Both the position numbers and the translations under genes were made by a program. Under the pieces are notes generated by a model that worked only from the letters and a program-made list of their open reading frames with translations, was not told the DNA's origin and did not search any database. Of a stretch of DNA of 20,000 bases, positions 15,707-20,000 are shown one piece after another (position 1 is the stretch's first letter; each line of letters begins with the position of its first letter). This stretch comes from an uncultured virus (IMG/VR IMGVR_UViG_3300035181_003152) (Duplodnaviria > Heunggongvirae > Uroviricota > Caudoviricetes): the IMG/VR virus record IMGVR_UViG_3300035181_003152; one strand, 5' to 3'.

Positions 15707-15736
15707 GTGGCAATCGTACAAATCGACAGCGGCGGC

Positions 15737-16444
15737 TCAAAACAGCTCGACCTGTCGCACCTCGGCAACCAGCTCCCCTTGGTCCACCGCGCCGAGCTTG
15801 GCCAGATACCCCGCGAGCAAGCGCCGGTGGCACCGCTTTTCATCGGTGCAGTAGCAGACGAGGACGACGCGGCGGCGCGCCAAGAGCTGGTCCCACGCGG
15901 CTCGATTGGCCTTGTAGCTGGTCCGCATTTCAAGGCGGTAGGCAGGCTGGTAAACCGCCCACGCGGCGTCCTCGATCTCCAGCGCGCGCCCCTCGTGGAA
16001 GATGCGGTGTTGCGGCTCGCGCTTGGCCTCCGCGATCAGCGTCAACGCCTGCGTCCTCGCCGCGAGCGCGGGCCGCAAGATCTCCCAGCTCGGCGCGAAC
16101 GGCGCGCCCTCCACGCCGCCTGACTTGGCCGTGATGTCGAAGACGTCGGGGTCGCGTGAGGAGATCCGCGCCGTGTAGACGAGCACGCCGGCCACCTCGC
16201 CGGTCTCCTCCGGAGGCGCCGCGCAGCCCGGGCAGAGGTCGCTCTCTGGCCCGGTGCTCACCGCGCACGCGTCGCAGATCGGCGCCGAGCACGTCGTTCG
16301 CTTCACGCCCTTTGGCGGCGGCCCGTCGCACAGCTTCGTCGACGGCCGTGAGCACGCTTTGCAGGGCACCACCTTGGCCGGCGGCCCCGACGTGCAGACG
16401 AAGCCGCGGGCGCCGTTGGGGAACGTGAGCCGCGTGCAGGTCAT
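15737..16444 (-). CDS. Zinc-finger plus DUF488-like domain protein (235 aa)
   Basis: ATGA-coupled start MTCTRL. N-terminal CKAC..KLCD..TCSAPICDAC..LCPGC. C-terminal FAPSWEIL...VVLVCYCTDEKRCHRRLLA is the DUF488 signature. Confidence 0.75.
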   Translation of the reverse strand: MTCTRLTFPNGARGFVCTSGPPAKVVPCKACSRPSTKLCDGPPPKGVKRTTCSAPICDACAVSTGPESDLCPGCAAPPEETGEVAGVLVYTARISSRDPDVFDITAKSGGVEGAPFAPSWEILRPALAARTQALTLIAEAKREPQHRIFHEGRALEIEDAAWAVYQPAYRLEMRTSYKANRAAWDQLLARRRVVLVCYCTDEKRCHRRLLAGYLAKLGAVDQGELVAEVRQVELF

Positions 16445-16851
16445 ATCGCCCGCCGCCACATCGCCAGCTCGCCGTTGAGCGCGAGTATCCCCGGACCGTT
16501 CATCGTGATCCACACGTGCTGCGACCACGGCACCTGCTTGCCCTCGACGAGCAGCTCCAACGGCTCGTCGGTGATGCGGCGCCACTTCTCCAGCGGCACG
16601 TCGCAGTCCTCCAGCATGTCGTCGGGGATCGGGTCGAGTGCAATCGCGCGGGCCTCGGCGGCAGTCGCGGCGATGAAGATCGCGTCGCCGTCGGTCCAGA
16701 GCTTGAGCCGGCGAAAGGGGCAGGTGCGCCGGTCGTGCTTCTCGCGCGAGCAAAACGAGCAGCGCGCCGGGCGTCGGCCCCACCCGTTGCGCGCGACCGG
16801 CTCACCGCGCAAGCGAGCGCGGATGATCGCGATCTTCGCCGTGGGCGTCAT
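16441..16851 (-). CDS. Zinc-knuckle-containing hypothetical protein (136 aa)
   Basis: CSFCSREKHDRRTC fits C-x2-C-x4-H-x4-C; ATGA overlaps on both sides. Confidence 0.7.
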   Translation of the reverse strand: MTPTAKIAIIRARLRGEPVARNGWGRRPARCSFCSREKHDRRTCPFRRLKLWTDGDAIFIAATAAEARAIALDPIPDDMLEDCDVPLEKWRRITDEPLELLVEGKQVPWSQHVWITMNGPGILALNGELAMWRRAI

Positions 16852-17168
16852 TTGCCGGCCGCACCCACGTTGAGCAGCCGCCTCACCGCTCTTCGCAGCC
16901 CGCGCCGCGGCAGCGCTACCGCATCGGCGCCGACGTCCGCGAACGCCAGCCGCGCAGGCACGTTGTCGCGTGCGTCGTTCGCCTCGCGTGTGGCCATGTC
17001 GGCGGCGATGCCGAGCCGCAAGGCGTCGAGGATCGCGTCGTCGCTCTCGACCTTACTGGCGAGGCGCCAGGAATTGGCGCGCGCCTCGTGCACCCAGGTG
17101 TCGATTTCGTCGCGGGGGATGTCGTTGACCGCGGCCAGGCGGTCGAGCTCGGCGTCGAGGGTGCTCAT
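16848..17168 (-). CDS. Hypothetical protein (106 aa)
   Basis: ATGA-coupled chain with good codon bias. Confidence 0.7.
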   Translation of the reverse strand: MSTLDAELDRLAAVNDIPRDEIDTWVHEARANSWRLASKVESDDAILDALRLGIAADMATREANDARDNVPARLAFADVGADAVALPRRGLRRAVRRLLNVGAAGK

Positions 17169-17344
17169 TGGCTGGCCAGCTCCTCGCGGCGCCTGGCAGC
17201 GCGGCTCTCGACGTGGATGTACCAGGCGACCTCGGCAGCGTTGGCATCGAGGTCCGTGGTGGACTGGTCAGCGGCGCGGCGGCGCACCAGTTCGGCGGCG
17301 ATCTTGGTCGCCGTGGCGGTGAGGCGGTCGACGAAGGTGGTCAT
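17165..17344 (-). CDS. Hypothetical protein (59 aa, MTTFVDRL...)
   Basis: GGAGG directly upstream; ATGA overlaps on both sides. Confidence 0.65.
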   Translation of the reverse strand: MTTFVDRLTATATKIAAELVRRRAADQSTTDLDANAAEVAWYIHVESRAARRREELASQ

Positions 17345-17904
17345 CCTCCACCTCGCAGCTCTTGCAGCCGGGCGCACAGCCGCGGCGCCATGCCATCCAA
17401 GCTCTTGCTCTCCACCGCCCACAAGGACTCCAGTTCCTCCCACGTGGGGGCGATCTTGGCCCACGTCCCGGCGGTCATCTCGCCCATGCGCGCCCGCCAG
17501 CCAACAGCCCACGACGCCGCGAGCAGGCGAGAGCACCGGCCGAAGTCGTCGGGGTCGTAGGGCGCGGCTCCTCCACCGCCGTGGATCTTGTCGCGCATGT
17601 GGTTGTAGATGGCCTTGGACGAGGCGCCGTCATCGCCGCAGCCCGGCCACTGCTCTGGCGTGAGCACCTTGAGCCGCACGTGGTCGAAGAGCCCGTGGCC
17701 CAGCTCCATGCACGCCGCACAGCGCTCGTCGCTGGGCGCCTTGCACTTCGCGTGGAGCTTCGAGAACGCCTTGCAGGCCTTGGCCATGGCGCCGATCTCG
17801 ACGCCAACCGTGGGGTCGACAGGCGGCGTGCGCGTGCCGCAGTGCAGGCAGACGAGGCGGAGAGCGTCGCCGATGACGACGTGGTCGGTGTTGGGGCGGC
17901 TCAC
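17341..17904 (-). CDS. Phage protein with Cys/His clusters and a P-x-DPDDFGRC motif (187 aa)
   Basis: GTGA-coupled; CLHCG, CAAC..GH and 'PYDPDDFGRCSRLL', a recurrent phage hypothetical motif. Confidence 0.75.
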   Translation of the reverse strand: MSRPNTDHVVIGDALRLVCLHCGTRTPPVDPTVGVEIGAMAKACKAFSKLHAKCKAPSDERCAACMELGHGLFDHVRLKVLTPEQWPGCGDDGASSKAIYNHMRDKIHGGGGAAPYDPDDFGRCSRLLAASWAVGWRARMGEMTAGTWAKIAPTWEELESLWAVESKSLDGMAPRLCARLQELRGGG

Positions 17905-18443
17905 AGGCTCACCGCCTGCGCAGGCTGCGCAGCCGTCTTCTCCGCGGCCAGTTCCGCGCGGAGCATCGCCGCGAACACCGGCCAGACGCGCTCGGCGAAC
18001 ATCGACGCTTGCGGGTCGCGCATGGTGGCCGAGATCCCCCAGATGTCTTCGAGCTTCGTCTCCTGCATCCACAGAACGAAGCTATCACGGTCGCTGAGGT
18101 CGCTATGCTCGTCGAGCAACTCCCACTCTTCGCGCGCCTTCACGCAGTCAATGCGGAGCTTGCGGCGGTCCTCGCAGATCCGCTTCTTGACGCTCTTGAG
18201 CGTCTCGTCGCCGTCGTATTCGTGGCCCGGTTTGAGCTTGCCGATGATGTAGTCCGCGTCGAGCTTGGCCAAGAAGGCGCGGAACTCCATTTCCGCGCCG
18301 GTCCACCAGTACGCGTAGTTGCCGTAATCGCTCACGGTCGAGAAGTAGCCGTCATCGGCGATGACGATCGTGGCGAGCCACCTTCCCTTGTCGGTGCGCA
18401 CGTTATACCGTCGAAGCTGCGTTGAGCCGTTGCCAGTCGCCAT
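17901..18443 (-). CDS. Conserved phage hypothetical protein (180 aa)
   Basis: 'SDYGNYAYWW...FRAFLAKLDADYIIGKL' is a pattern seen in phage early genes; GAGG upstream. Confidence 0.8.
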   Translation of the reverse strand: MATGNGSTQLRRYNVRTDKGRWLATIVIADDGYFSTVSDYGNYAYWWTGAEMEFRAFLAKLDADYIIGKLKPGHEYDGDETLKSVKKRICEDRRKLRIDCVKAREEWELLDEHSDLSDRDSFVLWMQETKLEDIWGISATMRDPQASMFAERVWPVFAAMLRAELAAEKTAAQPAQAVSL

Positions 18444-18447
18444 GCTA

Positions 18448-19038
18448 TCAGCCCTCCTCTTTCGTCGCCGTCCCGCGCGCCAACCCCACCAGCGCCTCGA
18501 CGTCGGCCACGTAGCAGGCGCACGGCTTGCCCGGAGCATCGCAGTCGTCGCCGCTGTTGCCGTCGGAACAGCTACCGCGGAGCGGGCAGTCGCGGTGTTC
18601 GCATTCGGCAGCATGGCGCCACGTCGGCCTCGACACCTTGAGCGCCGCACAGCGCAGGACGCAGAGGTCGACGGAGAGGCGATGCCCTGCGCTCTGCGCA
18701 GACCGCAGAGCGACACCTTGCCGCGTCGAGATCGCAGACTCACGCACCAACTCGGCGCGCAGCGCGGCCAGCTCCTCGTCCTGCTCGCGGAGCGCGGCGC
18801 AGAGGGCGGGGACGTCGGTGCGCGAAGCGGCGATGAACAGCGCGGTCCCCTTCGCCTGCTTCACATCGTCGTCGCGGACATTGGATATCACGTCGCCTTC
18901 GTTGCCGTCCTGCTGGACTTGGTAGTTGATGGCGCCGCCGCTCTTGTCAAAGCGATGGACCGTCCACGGAGCTTTGGTCGCCTTCGCCGCCCTCGCCTCC
19001 ACCGCCGCCACGTCCACCGCTGCTCGCTTGTCGCCCAT
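18448..19038 (-). CDS. Ead/Ea22-like phage protein with Cys-rich C-terminus
   Basis: 'RAAKATKAPW...ALFIAASRTDVPALCAALR' signature; GGAGG before ATG 19038. Confidence 0.75.
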   Translation of the reverse strand: MGDKRAAVDVAAVEARAAKATKAPWTVHRFDKSGGAINYQVQQDGNEGDVISNVRDDDVKQAKGTALFIAASRTDVPALCAALREQDEELAALRAELVRESAISTRQGVALRSAQSAGHRLSVDLCVLRCAALKVSRPTWRHAAECEHRDCPLRGSCSDGNSGDDCDAPGKPCACYVADVEALVGLARGTATKEEG

Positions 19039-19110
19039 TTGCTCAGCCTCCACGGGCCCAAGCTCCGGCCGCCGTGAGGCAGTGCGGAGCTGGGCGGGTG
19101 AGGGAGGTGG

Positions 19111-19377
19111 TCAGGCACTCGTCGAGCGGGCATATCCGCCGCCCCATCCTTCCAGGACTTTGATGCGCTCGAACGTCGCAGTGACCCACTCGCGCGCGTG
19201 CTCGTAGTCGGCGAAAGCCGCGCGCTGTCGCTTCGTCTTGCGGGTGAACATACCGGGCGTGTTCTTGAGCCGGTCGCGCTCGGCGGCGCAGGCCATGAGC
19301 AAGTCGTGGAGCGCCGCGAGAGCACGTGTCCTGTCTGCCCCGTTGTCACGCCCAGCGATGATGCTGTCAAAATCCAT
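19111..19377 (-). CDS. Hypothetical protein (88 aa)
   Basis: GGAGG RBS; helical composition. Confidence 0.7.
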   Translation of the reverse strand: MDFDSIIAGRDNGADRTRALAALHDLLMACAAERDRLKNTPGMFTRKTKRQRAAFADYEHAREWVTATFERIKVLEGWGGGYARSTSA

Positions 19378-19459
19378 CTGTAGTGTGCCTCCACGCCCTC
19401 AAGGCCCGGGCCCACGTTGCTACGCGGGACACCGGGCCGAGAGGGCGCCGCGAGGCTGG

Positions 19460-19678
19460 TCAGAACTTGATCGCCTTGCCGACCTCTTTGGACAGCGGGA
19501 TTCCGAGCATCATCGCGAGGCAACCAAACGTGCGCCACGCGTTGAACTCGGACATCGTGAGGGTCTGCATTTCGCCGTTGGTCTCGGCGGCGATCGTGAT
19601 CTCGCCCGGACCCGGGCGGTTCACGGACATCGGCCCATCGCTCGGTTTACGCTCCGGCATCGTCAGCTTGTCAGCCAT
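19460..19678 (-). CDS. Hypothetical protein (72 aa)
   Basis: GAGG RBS; starts 4 nt after the upstream stop. Confidence 0.7.
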   Translation of the reverse strand: MADKLTMPERKPSDGPMSVNRPGPGEITIAAETNGEMQTLTMSEFNAWRTFGCLAMMLGIPLSKEVGKAIKF

Positions 19679-19682
19679 CGCC

Positions 19683-20000
19683 TCAGCTCCTCTCCACCGC
19701 TACCACTCCACCACTCCGCGCGTCGTACCCCCAGCGCCTCCCCGCCTTCTCGTGCCGCAGATCCTTGTGGCCCGGCGGCAGCTCGCACGCGCCACCGTCC
19801 CTGTTCGTGGCCTCGCACCTGACAGGCCCGCACGTCGTGCACCGTGCCTGCGCGGGCAGCCCCGGCCCGCTCAACTTGGGCCCGCTCAGCTTGGGCCGGA
19901 CCACGTGGCCGCAGCTCAGAACGAGCCTGCTCATCGTACCTTCTCGCGTGCCAGATATCACGTCCTGATACATGCCCAGCTCGGAATACCGCGGCGCCAT
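19683..20000 (-). CDS. Cys/His-rich hypothetical protein (may extend past the window edge)
   Basis: LSCGH..RCTTC and C..C.LPPGH...H putative Zn sites. Confidence 0.6.
   Translation of the reverse strand: MAPRYSELGMYQDVISGTREGTMSRLVLSCGHVVRPKLSGPKLSGPGLPAQARCTTCGPVRCEATNRDGGACELPPGHKDLRHEKAGRRWGYDARSGGVVAVERS
19864..19897. repeat. 15-bp tandem duplication (PKLSG-PKLSG)
   Basis: ggcccgctcaacttg ggcccgctcagcttg ggcc. Confidence 0.85.

Noticed and set aside
15737..16783. Full 348-aa ORF (likewise the long versions of 17341-18072, 17901-18743 and 8015-8788)
   Set aside because: The N-terminal extensions overlap neighbouring genes; coupled or RBS-supported internal starts fit better.

Overview
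High-GC (roughly 70%) tailed-phage or prophage segment. The Ser/Gly-linker, Cys-rich lipoproteins suggest a myxobacterial host, possibly Polyangiaceae-like (inference). Bases 1-13960 are a mostly + strand late region. It holds baseplate/tail-type structural genes, an RcGTA-like head-spike base paired with a spike fibre ending in an SGNH esterase, several small membrane proteins and lipoproteins, a lipoprotein alpha/beta-hydrolase, an Amidase_2 endolysin and an unknown enzyme-like gene coupled to it. This operon is interrupted by minus-strand islands, most with their own leaderless sigma70-type promoters. One island is an HTH fragment bracketed by a 13-bp direct repeat. At the convergence point (13960-14085) lie three 19-bp tandem repeats and a terminator. 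Bases 14116-20000 are a minus-strand early/accessory region of small genes: a promoter-driven, hairpin-punctuated block of small proteins ending in an XRE HTH gene (acr-aca-like layout), a zinc-finger/DUF488 fusion, a zinc knuckle, an Ead/Ea22-like protein and phage hypotheticals. I saw no integrase, RNA gene or CRISPR array. All family calls come from motif recognition only; no database searches were run.
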